From contig JBBQZC010000001.1 of assembly GCA_038208115.1 (NCBI GenBank), positions 77,977 to 141,976 of the forward strand: DNA of 64,000 nucleotides, in the 5' to 3' direction. Of this stretch, positions 28,366-39,064 are shown piece after piece. Position 1 is the stretch's first letter, and each line of letters begins with the position of its first letter. This stretch comes from Candidatus Moraniibacteriota bacterium. GTDB taxonomy: Bacteria; Patescibacteriota; Minisyncoccia; Moranbacterales; GCA-2747515. The notes beneath the pieces are model-generated. The model ran no database searches, was not told the DNA's origin, and saw only the letters and a list, made by a program, of their open reading frames with translations. Both the position numbers and the translations under genes were made by a program.

Positions 28366-30603
28366 ATGAGAGAGATTCTTCATAACAAAAAAGGCCTTTT
28401 TATTAGTGGTATATTAGCTATTTTGAGCATGATTATCATGCTTTGTAAATCGCCGACGATATTACCCGCATTTTCGATCAAATATACTATTCTTCTAGGT
28501 TCATACTTTTTTTATATTTTATCAACATGTATCGCCCTATGGCACGTTATTTCATCATCTCGTCATACACGGTGGTTCGACAAGATTACTGTATTGAGCA
28601 TGCTCATTAGTCCATCTGTTCTCGTGGTCTTGATCGGTATTGACATTGCTCATATTCCCGTTTCTCAAATCTATATGATACTCAGTGGCTTCTTTGTAGT
28701 ATTTTTTGGTACATTACTCATCATTCGTTACCATCTCAAAAATCCTCCGCTACTCACACCCACTACGTCACATGATCATAAAGCCCACAATTATACATCA
28801 CTACTATTAGTTTTTGGTGCGTTATGCATTTATCTCTATTTTGGCTTGCATCATCTCGGAAAAGAAATTTATGTCGATGAAAAACTTTGGATCTACAGTC
28901 GCATTGAAACATACTGGGAAAACATTGCTTCACATGATTGGGTGAACACGAGACCAAGTGACAAGCCTGGCATTACAACGACGATTGTTACCGGACCAGG
29001 TTTGTTTTTTTATGACCCCAGTGATTATGATAGAGGCAGTAAAAATAAGGATGACCTCGAACACATGTTTTATGCATTACGACTACCTCAACTTTTATTT
29101 ATTGGCATGCTATTGATTGTTGCATTCTTTTTAGCGCAAAAACTCTATGCGCGTACTACTGCAACTTTTTTTCTAATATTGATTTCTTGTTCACCATTAT
29201 TGTTGGGTATTTCGCGCATCATTAATCCTGATGCGCTTCTGTGGATATTTTTTATCATTTGTTTTATTAGTTATATTCTCTATCTCCAAAAAAATTATTT
29301 GTCATATTTGTATATCACAGGCATCTTTCTCGGACTTGCCCTTCTCACAAAATATGTGTCAAACATCTTTATCTTATTTTTTTTCTTGATTACATTTATT
29401 GATCCACTGTTGCATCACACATCACCCAAAAATATCGCATTTATACTTCTCCGCCGTCTGAAACATTTTGGTATTATGCTCTTTATAGCACTTTCGATTT
29501 TCTTTGTCTTATACCCAGGCGCATGGGTACGTCACGATCGACTACTTATTGCGACGATCTATTCTGAAGCATTTATATCAACATGGAAATACTTTTTTGC
29601 ACTTTTATGTTTCATGATTGGCATGCTCTATATAAAAAAAGGGATATTTTATGAAAAGATCTACATCTTTCTCTTTTCTCACATCAGAACAATTCTTCGC
29701 ATATCTATTACACTTATGTGCTCAATAATCGCAATCGTACTATATAACACCTACACGAACATGTCTCTCTTTGACTTTTCTCACATCATTGAATCACCGA
29801 AATCAATCTACCGAGACGTGTCTTCGATAGCTATTTTTATTACGTCATTTTATCCACTCATCTTTGGTGTGACTCCTATTGTTTTGATATTGTTCATTTA
29901 TGCAATGCTTCTTGCTCTGAAAAATAAGACATACACTACATCTACAAAAACAGTATTCTATGGGATTTTGTTTATTTTTCTGTATTACCTCGGATCAGTA
30001 ATAAATAATGTAGTTCCAATCATACGGTATCAAATTGTTCTCTATCCACTAGTGATTCTCATTGCCAGTATTGGACTTGGACACCTTTTCAATAAGTCTT
30101 TATTTAAAAAATGGTTTATTCCCTTTGCATGTGTATTGTGTGCAATAAGCATTTTGCAATTATCGCAGCTTACTGGCTACTATTTTTCATACAGTAGCCC
30201 TCTATTACCAAATAAATTTATCATAAATTCCAAAGACATGGGGGATGGCAATTATGAGATTGCGCAATATCTTAACGCATTACCACATCCTGAAAAAATT
30301 CTCGTATGGACAGACAAAGCTGGCGTGTGCCAATTTTTCAAAGGTACCTGCATAAGCATTACCAAGGACCAAAGCATAATTGACCTTGCGCCAACCATTG
30401 ATTATTATATTGTATCTCAAAATCGACAAAACTATTTCACTCGACTTACGCAACAAAAATTATCACATGACCCATTATACAAAATCCGATTCGATAAATT
30501 ATATGATCCACATGCTACGATCGTATATGAGATCATTCCAAATAACCATCCTGGACAATTTATGCGCATCATCGACGGAACAAAGGTCAATATAATTCAA
30601 TAA
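28366..30603 (+). CDS. GT-C glycosyltransferase (PMT/ArnT-like), 745 aa
   Basis: Loop motif YVDEKLWIYSRIETYWENIASHDWVNTRPSDKPG (DE motif), >12 TM helices, and a C-terminal soluble domain. Tandem paralog of 30616-32523. Confidence 0.6.
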   Translation: MREILHNKKGLFISGILAILSMIIMLCKSPTILPAFSIKYTILLGSYFFYILSTCIALWHVISSSRHTRWFDKITVLSMLISPSVLVVLIGIDIAHIPVSQIYMILSGFFVVFFGTLLIIRYHLKNPPLLTPTTSHDHKAHNYTSLLLVFGALCIYLYFGLHHLGKEIYVDEKLWIYSRIETYWENIASHDWVNTRPSDKPGITTTIVTGPGLFFYDPSDYDRGSKNKDDLEHMFYALRLPQLLFIGMLLIVAFFLAQKLYARTTATFFLILISCSPLLLGISRIINPDALLWIFFIICFISYILYLQKNYLSYLYITGIFLGLALLTKYVSNIFILFFFLITFIDPLLHHTSPKNIAFILLRRLKHFGIMLFIALSIFFVLYPGAWVRHDRLLIATIYSEAFISTWKYFFALLCFMIGMLYIKKGIFYEKIYIFLFSHIRTILRISITLMCSIIAIVLYNTYTNMSLFDFSHIIESPKSIYRDVSSIAIFITSFYPLIFGVTPIVLILFIYAMLLALKNKTYTTSTKTVFYGILFIFLYYLGSVINNVVPIIRYQIVLYPLVILIASIGLGHLFNKSLFKKWFIPFACVLCAISILQLSQLTGYYFSYSSPLLPNKFIINSKDMGDGNYEIAQYLNALPHPEKILVWTDKAGVCQFFKGTCISITKDQSIIDLAPTIDYYIVSQNRQNYFTRLTQQKLSHDPLYKIRFDKLYDPHATIVYEIIPNNHPGQFMRIIDGTKVNIIQ

Positions 30604-30615
30604 ATCAATACAAGC

Positions 30616-32523
30616 ATGTATTTATCACTTCTAAAAAAAATTTTTACCAAAGAGCAAACCATGATTTATGGACTACTGATTTGCAGTCTAAGTATATTTT
30701 TTCTATTTGGACTGTATCATCTTGCAAAATTTGAAACGACAGATGAGCACTTGTGGAAATATGGCCGCATCAAGCAGTATTGGCAAGCAATCGCGACGCA
30801 TGATTGGGATAAAACATACATTAATGATAAGCCGGGGGTAACCGTCGCTCTTATTTCTGGCATTGGACTTCTTACTCAACCAAATCCAGAAGATCAATTT
30901 ATATCAAGTACAGACAATACTCGGATTTTTGAGCAATATGACAGCACAAAAACCCAACCGGTCAATTTTGCCTTTCGTCTTCCTATATTAATTTTTGCCA
31001 CACTATCACTGATCATATTTTTTTTGCTCATCAACAAAATTTATGACGATCTCATACTGGCACTCTTTGCAACAGCGTTATTAGCGATCAATCCCATACT
31101 ACTCGGCATGTCACAAATCATCAATCCTGATAGTTTTTATTGGATATTTGGCGGTTGCGCCTCTCTTGCGTATATCGGACTGATTGAAAAAAGAAAACGG
31201 ATATATTTATTTTTGTGCATTATATTTACAGGTGGTGCACTTTTATCAAAATATACTGCGTTTACTCTTGTTGTATTCTATGCACTTTATTGGTTTGCTT
31301 CACACGCGTTTGTATCAAAAGATCTCTCAATGGAAAAAAATGATTTTTTTCATACAATCAAAAATCTTATTACAATTGCTATTATTATGATCGGCGCCAT
31401 CGGTGTCTTTATCATCTTTCTCCCTGCATCTTTTACTCACCCATCCTACATTTTCAAAGGATTATCACAGTTTATTCTTGCCAAAAATCTTCCCTATATT
31501 TTTTTTATGGGGGCAATTGGTTTTGGTAGTATATATCTATTCAAAATGTACTACACGCCCATAATGAAATTTATTCACGCTAAAAATAAATTTTTTCTTT
31601 ACTTCGCAGTAATTCCTTTTGTATTAATCTTTGTAATAAATTTCTTCAATACATGGACAGGTCAAAAACTCATCCCATTTGATAACTTGCGCGAAGCATC
31701 ATATGCCAACGAGCCAAATGCATTCAATTTTAAGCCCTATCTCAAAGATGTGTCCAAAACAGAAAAAAAGATCACAATATTTTTCACAAATGCCTATCCT
31801 TTTACATTTTCTCTCAATATCATTATGCTAGGCGGTTCGTTTGTATTGATCTACTGGACATGCACTCGAGACATTGCGATTGATCGAAAGCGTCTCGTTT
31901 TTTCCGTCACTGCATTTACAGTTATATACTTTGTCCTTACTGTATTTGCACGTGTTGTGACAAATGTGCGATATGTGATCATGCTCTACCCCTTCATTGC
32001 ATTGCTTGCAGCACAAGCTCTGCGTGAATTTACATTACGATTTAACACTCCATTTAAAAAATATCCTCTGTTGATAGTGTGTTTCATTCTCATTTACGGT
32101 GCTACTATATTTTGGTCAATTCGTCCGTTCTATTTTAGTTATGCTAACGCTCTACTCCCACAACAATTTTCAATTCATGATTCATGGGGACACGGATCTT
32201 ACGAGGCGGCGCAATATCTCAATGCTCTGCCAAATGCAAAAGATATTATCATATTCTCAAATAGCGATACTGTATGTCGATTTTTTGTCGGGAGATGCTT
32301 GCGAAACCGAAAGATCGATCTCGCAATTGTAACTCCAGATTATTTTGTAATCACAAAACGTGGTGAGATTAAGGTGCGAAACAGATTCATCTTGGAAAAT
32401 AATCCTTACCCGAAAAAAGACAGTGACTACTATTTCAAAAAGCTTCATTCCGCCCCAACATGGCAATTATTGATCAATAATCGACCAGATAATTATATAT
32501 CTATTATGCAATATGAAAAATGA
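30616..32523 (+). CDS. GT-C glycosyltransferase (PMT/ArnT-like), 635 aa
   Basis: Loop motif TTDEHLWKYGRIKQYWQAIATHDWDKTYINDKPG and a conserved C-terminal domain (YEAAQYLNALP) shared with 28366-30603. Confidence 0.6.
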   Translation: MYLSLLKKIFTKEQTMIYGLLICSLSIFFLFGLYHLAKFETTDEHLWKYGRIKQYWQAIATHDWDKTYINDKPGVTVALISGIGLLTQPNPEDQFISSTDNTRIFEQYDSTKTQPVNFAFRLPILIFATLSLIIFFLLINKIYDDLILALFATALLAINPILLGMSQIINPDSFYWIFGGCASLAYIGLIEKRKRIYLFLCIIFTGGALLSKYTAFTLVVFYALYWFASHAFVSKDLSMEKNDFFHTIKNLITIAIIMIGAIGVFIIFLPASFTHPSYIFKGLSQFILAKNLPYIFFMGAIGFGSIYLFKMYYTPIMKFIHAKNKFFLYFAVIPFVLIFVINFFNTWTGQKLIPFDNLREASYANEPNAFNFKPYLKDVSKTEKKITIFFTNAYPFTFSLNIIMLGGSFVLIYWTCTRDIAIDRKRLVFSVTAFTVIYFVLTVFARVVTNVRYVIMLYPFIALLAAQALREFTLRFNTPFKKYPLLIVCFILIYGATIFWSIRPFYFSYANALLPQQFSIHDSWGHGSYEAAQYLNALPNAKDIIIFSNSDTVCRFFVGRCLRNRKIDLAIVTPDYFVITKRGEIKVRNRFILENNPYPKKDSDYYFKKLHSAPTWQLLINNRPDNYISIMQYEK

Positions 32524-34123
32524 TTTTTTAATGTTTGTACATAAACACACGTTTTTTCTCTTCCTCATCGCAATCATCTGTATTGGTGCTTTTTTACGGT
32601 TTTATAATTTCACTAATCTCCTTCGATTCAATAATGATCAAGTGCGCGACATGAAAACTGTTACTGCTATGATCTCTGCACATGAATTTCCTTTGCTAGG
32701 ACCAAAGGCTGGAGGTACATCGTTTAGGCTTGGCCCTACGTTCTACTACATGGAATATGCATCGGCGTTGGTTTTTGGCGATTCTCCACAAGGTGTTGCA
32801 TTTTTTGTTCCGATTCTTGGCACATTATCGATCATTCTTTTTTATCTTCTTATTAGTAAGTGTTATTCATCCATAACTACACTTTCACTCACATTTCTCT
32901 ATGCCACATCCTTTTATATCATCAAATATTCTCGATTTGCTTGGAATCCAAATGTAATTCCTTTTTTCCTTTTTGCATTTTTTCTCATTCTTCTCAAAAT
33001 CATTTCTTTCGATACAAAAAAAAATTATTGGTGGTTTTGTGGACTTGGCATTATTTCAGGTATTTCTATGCAACTCCATACCACATTACTAATTCTCATA
33101 CCAATTTTTATCACTCTTGCTTTTATTTACTCTTATACAAAAACAAAAAAAATACCTTTTTTAGGTATTAGTATCACGTGCATATTTATCGCGATCAATC
33201 TCTTGCCAATGGCTCTCTATGACGTCATGAACAACGGTGAAAATGTAATCGCTTTTTTCCACGGTTCAGAATCCAAGGGTGCCTTAAGAGAATCTGTATT
33301 CCATAACATTCTCTTGGATGGACAGTTATTTGTGCAAAGCACAACATATGTGCTTACAGGTATCGAACACACCAAAAATTGGACTGATGCAAAAAAACTC
33401 ATCCTCATGCACAATTTTAAGGAAATTTTCTTTGCATTGATCAGTATATTTCTTTTTCTTTACGGTTTATATCTATTTATCATACGGACAAAGCTCTCCA
33501 GACAATCCACTGTCAAATCCGATCTTCATCTGATTCTTTTGACTGCATCTTTGATATGCTTTGTGTTATATATACCAATTGCGCATGAACTCAATACCCG
33601 ATTTTTTATCATAATCATTTTTTTGCCATTTATATTCTTGGGATCTTTTTTTGATATGTTACTTCAGCATACTAAAATTCCTCGCAAATTTAGTATTGTA
33701 ATAATTACATTGTGCACATGTGCACTATTTGGTTCAAATATAAAAATGTATGCATCTGCATATAATCTGAACAACACAGAAATAGACACATCCATTTATG
33801 GCGGAATAAGCATGCAAGAATTGCAATCAATCATTTCCTATATGGATAAAAAGACCAAGGAATCAAACACGGAAATGATCTACTTACTACCAAATACATT
33901 TGGTCAATCCTTTCGCTCTGTTGCGCAAGACGCTGAAATACCTCTTACCACTTACCCTGCTGGAAAGATCAGCACTGATTCCCTCGCATTTTTTTTATCT
34001 GATAAACCAAACAAAACAATTTTATCTAAAGATTTACAACCGTGTTTTGATCTCATAGAATCACAAAAGATTTACCGTTTTCGAGTCTTTGCATTACAAA
34101 AAACATCTTCTGAATGCAAATAA
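32513..34123 (+). CDS. GT-C-like polytopic membrane protein (DQ variant), paralog of 24848-26593
   Basis: FLRFYNFTNLLRFNNDQVRDMKTV...LGPKAGGTSFRLGPTFYYMEYASALVFGDSPQG. 536 aa with ~12 TM helices. Overlaps the upstream gene by 11 nt. Confidence 0.5.
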   Translation: MKNDFLMFVHKHTFFLFLIAIICIGAFLRFYNFTNLLRFNNDQVRDMKTVTAMISAHEFPLLGPKAGGTSFRLGPTFYYMEYASALVFGDSPQGVAFFVPILGTLSIILFYLLISKCYSSITTLSLTFLYATSFYIIKYSRFAWNPNVIPFFLFAFFLILLKIISFDTKKNYWWFCGLGIISGISMQLHTTLLILIPIFITLAFIYSYTKTKKIPFLGISITCIFIAINLLPMALYDVMNNGENVIAFFHGSESKGALRESVFHNILLDGQLFVQSTTYVLTGIEHTKNWTDAKKLILMHNFKEIFFALISIFLFLYGLYLFIIRTKLSRQSTVKSDLHLILLTASLICFVLYIPIAHELNTRFFIIIIFLPFIFLGSFFDMLLQHTKIPRKFSIVIITLCTCALFGSNIKMYASAYNLNNTEIDTSIYGGISMQELQSIISYMDKKTKESNTEMIYLLPNTFGQSFRSVAQDAEIPLTTYPAGKISTDSLAFFLSDKPNKTILSKDLQPCFDLIESQKIYRFRVFALQKTSSECK

Positions 34124-34128
34124 AAAAC

Positions 34129-34151
34129 GCTTCAGAACTTTTCTGAGGCGC
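34129..34151. terminator. bidirectional hairpin between convergent genes
   Basis: cgcttcagaa-cttt-tctgaggcg with flanking A/T runs on both sides. Confidence 0.45.
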
Positions 34152-34175
34152 TTTTCGTATAATCATTTATATCTT

Positions 34176-35036
34176 CTACTCACCAATTTCCATTTCTCCA
34201 TCTACGTTAGTTATACTACCAAATGCATTTTGTAATTCTACACGAGCCTTCAGCATAGTAACTTTGAATGCGTCAATCGCATTTTGTGCAGCTTCCTTTT
34301 TGCGCTGTGTTAATACGTGGATTTCTGAGCCCATAGTACGAGTATCACGCACACCCGATCGAAATGTTTCACGTGCAGTTTTCAAATCATCATTAAGTGT
34401 TTTTGCAATTGATTTTAGATCCGTTTCTGATGACGTATCAGTACATGCTCCTTTTGCCTTTACGATAGCAGCATTTTCTGCAGTCTTGTAATCCGCAAAT
34501 AATTGGTCTATTTCATCTTGTTTTTTTGTTGTCAGTGCATCCACATCGGTTTGCATTTTCTTTGTTGCATTATCTATTGCTGCACGACGTATCGTAACAG
34601 CTTCCTCGATCGTTGTCTCAAATTGCTGTACAGCAGTTTTTTGCTCATCAGTAATCGCCTTCATGAGCAATTTATCGTAAAATGCCTGTCTCTGTGTATC
34701 ACGCATTTCTCTACGAGCCAGCAATTCTTCATGTCCAATCGTTCGTTTCTGTTGTACTTGCGTTAATCGTTGTGTGATTTTGCCTTGAGCCAGCTGTTCT
34801 CGATCGGCGGTTTTTTTGCCCATACTTTCGATTCGTTTTGATATCCGTTCACATACTTTTTCTGATTTTTTATCTGCTATTTTGATCTTTTTTTCCGAAA
34901 TCATTGCTTCGCGATCTGCTTTTTTATCATCACGCGCAGCAGCACGGTCAGCATCATTGCCTGCAACGGCATATACAGACTGTGTTGCAATAACTGCTGA
35001 TAACATCATACCTGAAATAATAATTGCTTTTTTCAT
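34176..35036 (-). CDS. secreted alpha-helical/coiled-coil protein
   Basis: Signal peptide MKKAIIISGMMLSAVIATQSVYA, then 260 aa rich in K/E/A/Q/R with heptad-like periodicity. Locally higher GC than its neighbours. Confidence 0.5.
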   Translation of the reverse strand: MKKAIIISGMMLSAVIATQSVYAVAGNDADRAAARDDKKADREAMISEKKIKIADKKSEKVCERISKRIESMGKKTADREQLAQGKITQRLTQVQQKRTIGHEELLARREMRDTQRQAFYDKLLMKAITDEQKTAVQQFETTIEEAVTIRRAAIDNATKKMQTDVDALTTKKQDEIDQLFADYKTAENAAIVKAKGACTDTSSETDLKSIAKTLNDDLKTARETFRSGVRDTRTMGSEIHVLTQRKKEAAQNAIDAFKVTMLKARVELQNAFGSITNVDGEMEIGE

Positions 35037-35057
35037 ATAATATTCTTTTACTGCTAA

Positions 35058-35390
35058 TTACAATGTGACAGTTTCCTCTGCCATCAATTCTTCTATTTCA
35101 CCAAAATCTGCACTTTCATCAACCAAAAGATCTTCTCCGTCAAATTCGAGATCCTCATCAGCCAAGACATCTATTTTCTCTTGTTTTATCTGTACATTTA
35201 TCTCCTCTTTTTTTTGTACAGAGTTTTTTGTGTCATCAATCGTGATCATATCACTGTCGATCTCAGTAATGGTGCGTGAATAATAAACAAGAAATCCGCT
35301 AACAATAACGACTACAGCAATAAAGATTGCCATATAGTGCCAACTCTTCATATATATTTTTATTAATGTATTACAAATGAATACTATCAC
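35058..35390 (-). CDS. small membrane-anchored acidic protein
   Basis: One TM helix (MAIFIAVVVIVSGFLVYY) followed by an acidic tail. 110-aa ORF; the start may be an internal Met. Confidence 0.35.
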   Translation of the reverse strand: MIVFICNTLIKIYMKSWHYMAIFIAVVVIVSGFLVYYSRTITEIDSDMITIDDTKNSVQKKEEINVQIKQEKIDVLADEDLEFDGEDLLVDESADFGEIEELMAEETVTL

Positions 35391-35465
35391 AAAATAGCTA
35401 CAAATGAAATCCCTTAATTCAATAGTCCATCTAAAATATGTGCTTTTTCAGCAAAAAGAAATTGA

Positions 35466-36413
35466 TCAATTTTGTGTTGAGATGATCTTATTTTTCATAT
35501 AGTATGGCAAAGCAATGCAACTCACACACATTTGCAAAAATCGTGATAACAACACAACTGCAACAAGTGCACTATTTGCAACACCAAAGACACTAAAGAG
35601 AAGAACATACGACCACTCTTTGGTTCCTATATTACCCACACTGATCGGGATCGATGATATGACGTTTGTCAGAAAGATGACGCTCATAAAATCAAGTAGC
35701 GATAATTGAATATTTAATGCCATAAAAAGCATATAGTGAGCAAACGCAATACCAATAAATGAAAATGCAGTCGAATATACGATAGCTGAAATCATCACAG
35801 ACCAATCGCGAAATTGAGAAATTTTATCTCCATAATCCCGTACGACACGAGGTAAAATATTGAATATTTTTTGAAAAAATTGGTGATGAAAAAAAGTAAC
35901 AAAAAAAACATCAAAACAAAAACTGATAAACACAATGAGGATTAGTGTTTGAATAGCTGGATACTCTGATAATAGTGGATAATTGATCAAACTTAACATC
36001 GCAGCCAAAAAAATCAAAACACTCAGTCCGCTCGCTCGATCAGTAAAAACCGTCGCCGAGCTATCTCGCAATCGCGAATTTTTCTTCCCAAGTTGATAAA
36101 TGCGATATGCATCGCCACCAAGAGTTGATGGTAAAAAATTATTTACAAAAGTTCCAGTAAGATATGTTTTCAAATAAAAACTGTATGATTGAGTAAAGTG
36201 ATCATGTTTTGCGAGTTTGCACCATTTGAGAGCACTTATACATAATCCGAAGACATAAAAAATAATAAATAACACAATATATTGCCACTTCGCATGCACA
36301 ATATAATCAAACACCAAAGTCCAATTCACGCTACGCACCAACACATACACCAAAATAATGGCAATAATAATTTTAGCAATTTTCTTTGCGTGATAAACAA
36401 TTCTATTTTTCAT
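35466..36413 (-). CDS. flippase-like membrane protein (lysylphosphatidylglycerol-synthase TM-region family, UPF0104)
   Basis: Motif FLPSTLGGDAYRIYQL (GGD..R), characteristic of LPG_synthase_TM-family proteins. 8 TM helices. ATGA overlap with the GT4 gene upstream. Confidence 0.6.
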   Translation of the reverse strand: MKNRIVYHAKKIAKIIIAIILVYVLVRSVNWTLVFDYIVHAKWQYIVLFIIFYVFGLCISALKWCKLAKHDHFTQSYSFYLKTYLTGTFVNNFLPSTLGGDAYRIYQLGKKNSRLRDSSATVFTDRASGLSVLIFLAAMLSLINYPLLSEYPAIQTLILIVFISFCFDVFFVTFFHHQFFQKIFNILPRVVRDYGDKISQFRDWSVMISAIVYSTAFSFIGIAFAHYMLFMALNIQLSLLDFMSVIFLTNVISSIPISVGNIGTKEWSYVLLFSVFGVANSALVAVVLLSRFLQMCVSCIALPYYMKNKIISTQN

Positions 36414-37582
36414 GTAATCGTATTATACAGTTTAACATAATCGTCTGCCACACTTTTCCAGCTCATTTGCATAGCAATCGTTCGACTTGCATGCCCAAAC
36501 GCATCGCAAATTTCAGGATTTTCTATTAATATCTTCAAATTCTGCACGATAGATCCAACATCATGCATTTTGATCACATAACCATTTTCACCATTGCGTA
36601 TAAGCTCTTCTGCACCACCCGTAGGCGTCATAAGAACCGGAAGACCTGACGCAATAGCTTCAAGCAGATTATTACTCATACCCTCATTCAGTGACGGCAT
36701 GACAAATACATCTGCATCATTATATATTTGTGGAGATTCATCTTTGGTGTATATTCCAGTAAAGATCACACGACCATCTAAACGATACTTTTTTACTTGT
36801 TGCTTCAACTCTTCCATTGCATTTCCCTCTCCCCCTGCAATCGTCATGCGAATATGCGGATAAAAATCAAATAGCTCTGCGAAAGCATCAATAGCATAAT
36901 TGAATCCTTTACGACGCGATAGACGTGATGCGAGAAGTATGTGAAATTGTTTTTTACGATCAGTAACTGTACGCATACCAGATTGATAAAAAGTTGTGTC
37001 TACACCATTATATATCTGTATAAAATTTTGATGTGGAGCACTTTTTGATGCAAGCTCAGTCAAGCCTTTACTATTTGTCACAACATGCGTTCCCTCACGC
37101 CACACGCGACAGATGATCGGTGCGATCAATTGATACAACATCGTAAATCGCTCACTATAACCAGGCACATCCGCGCCACGAAGTGACACAATATACGGAA
37201 TGTGATATGTGCGCTTCAAAAGCAATGAAATAAAACCACATGGTACACCAAAAAAACTATGCGTAAGATCATACGTATTTTTTTTGATCAGTTTTTTGCT
37301 AAACCAATACGCCTTCCAGGTATATGTAAGCAGCTCTCCACGTGTTTGATATTTGAGTTGATTTGTTTTTTTGCCAATCGGTAATCGATGGATTGTGACA
37401 TTTTCACCAATTTTTTCCTGCAAATATCTTTTGCCAATGGCCGATGTAATCAAATCGACAATCACATCATCCCGTTTTGCATATTCCTCTAGGATATATC
37501 GCGTTGCATTTCCAGCTCCACCACCCAATGGCGGATATTCATAATTGAAAAATAAAATTCTTTTCATATAATCATTATACAC
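36410..37582 (-). CDS. glycosyltransferase family 4
   Basis: N-terminal YPPLGGGAG and C-terminal FVMPSLNEGMSNNLLEAIASGLPVL (E-x7-E). Confidence 0.8.
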   Translation of the reverse strand: MYNDYMKRILFFNYEYPPLGGGAGNATRYILEEYAKRDDVIVDLITSAIGKRYLQEKIGENVTIHRLPIGKKTNQLKYQTRGELLTYTWKAYWFSKKLIKKNTYDLTHSFFGVPCGFISLLLKRTYHIPYIVSLRGADVPGYSERFTMLYQLIAPIICRVWREGTHVVTNSKGLTELASKSAPHQNFIQIYNGVDTTFYQSGMRTVTDRKKQFHILLASRLSRRKGFNYAIDAFAELFDFYPHIRMTIAGGEGNAMEELKQQVKKYRLDGRVIFTGIYTKDESPQIYNDADVFVMPSLNEGMSNNLLEAIASGLPVLMTPTGGAEELIRNGENGYVIKMHDVGSIVQNLKILIENPEICDAFGHASRTIAMQMSWKSVADDYVKLYNTIT

Positions 37583-37641
37583 TAAAAAAAAATTACCGAA
37601 AACTATATTATACAGCTTTCGGCAATCAGCTACATCAATAC

Positions 37642-38958
37642 CTATCCACGTCCAACGCCAATATATTGAAACCCATATCTTCGCACATCCTCTGGCTTAT
37701 AGACATTACGAAGGTCAATAAATGTTGCCTTCCCTGCAGTCATTACAGATCGCAATCTCTCAAGATCGATGGCGCGATATTGATTCCATTCCGTTAACAG
37801 TACAACCGCATCAGCTCCAGCACACGCATCATAAGCGTCTGCACAATATACGATTTCATTCGGCAAAATATGCCTTGCTTCTTCCATGGATTGTGGATCA
37901 TGCGACCGAATAATCACACCCCTTTCAATAAGCGCCGGAAGAATCGTAAGCGCCGGAGCATCACGCATATCATCAGTTTCTGGTTTAAAGGCAAGTCCTA
38001 AAACAGCTACTGTTTTACCCGCCTCATTCTGCCCTAAAACATCACGGATTTTTTTCACCATTCTTGCTTTTTGTCCAGCATTAGCTTCGACAGCAGCCTC
38101 AACAATCCGCAATTGTTCACCATTTTCTTGAGCTGTGCGGATCAATGCTACTGTGTCTTTAGGAAAACATGAGCCTCCATAACCTGGTCCTGGATGAAGA
38201 AATTTTCTTCCAATTCTTCCATCCATACCAATCCCTCTTGCAAGATCCACGACATCTGCACCGAGAACATCACACAGATGAGAAATCTCATTAATAAAGC
38301 TAATTTTTATTGCAAGAAAAGCATTTGCAGCATACTTGATCAATTCGGCTGTTTCAATGTCAGTTTTGACGATTGGTGTTTCTTGAAGAAATATAGGATT
38401 GTAAATAGTTCGTAGAATTTCTTCTGCCCGTCCCGAATTAACACCAATGACGATGCGATCTGGATGTGTAAAATCTGCGATAGCAGCACCCTCACGCAAA
38501 AATTCTGGATTTGATGCAACATCAAAATCAGCTTGCGGTGCAGTATCTGCAATGATACGAGCAACCTGCCGCGCTGTACCAACAGGAACAGTACTCTTAT
38601 CAACAATGACAGTGTAATCACGAAGATATCGTGCGATATCACGAGCTGCAGCATACACATACGTCAAATCTGCATAGCCATCCCCCCGACGACTCGTCGG
38701 TGTACCTACGGCAATAAAAACGGCATCGGCATGTGGCACCACACTACCCAGATTAGTAGTGAAAAACAAATGTTTACTTTCAACACCAGCTTGCACGAGA
38801 TCTGCAAGACCCGGCTCATAAATTGGCATCTTCCCCTCTTGAATTTGACGAATTTTTTGATCATCCGTATCCACACAGACAACTTCGTGACCAAATGATG
38901 CAAAACACGCACCCGTTACCAATCCCACATAACCTGTTCCTACCATGACAATTTTCAT
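37642..38958 (-). CDS. ugd: UDP-glucose 6-dehydrogenase (UDP-glucose/GDP-mannose dehydrogenase family)
   Basis: N-terminal NAD fold MKIVMVGTGYVGLVTGACFA and catalytic GGSCFPKD. 438 aa. Confidence 0.85.
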   Translation of the reverse strand: MKIVMVGTGYVGLVTGACFASFGHEVVCVDTDDQKIRQIQEGKMPIYEPGLADLVQAGVESKHLFFTTNLGSVVPHADAVFIAVGTPTSRRGDGYADLTYVYAAARDIARYLRDYTVIVDKSTVPVGTARQVARIIADTAPQADFDVASNPEFLREGAAIADFTHPDRIVIGVNSGRAEEILRTIYNPIFLQETPIVKTDIETAELIKYAANAFLAIKISFINEISHLCDVLGADVVDLARGIGMDGRIGRKFLHPGPGYGGSCFPKDTVALIRTAQENGEQLRIVEAAVEANAGQKARMVKKIRDVLGQNEAGKTVAVLGLAFKPETDDMRDAPALTILPALIERGVIIRSHDPQSMEEARHILPNEIVYCADAYDACAGADAVVLLTEWNQYRAIDLERLRSVMTAGKATFIDLRNVYKPEDVRRYGFQYIGVGRG

Positions 38959-39064
38959 ATAAAATTGCTCCTTTTCTCCAGAATTTTTGAAATCAAAAAA
39001 ATACTAGCATCATCTCAATGAACTCTGCTCAGTATAAGTGAGGCACTAAAAATATGCAAGAAAT

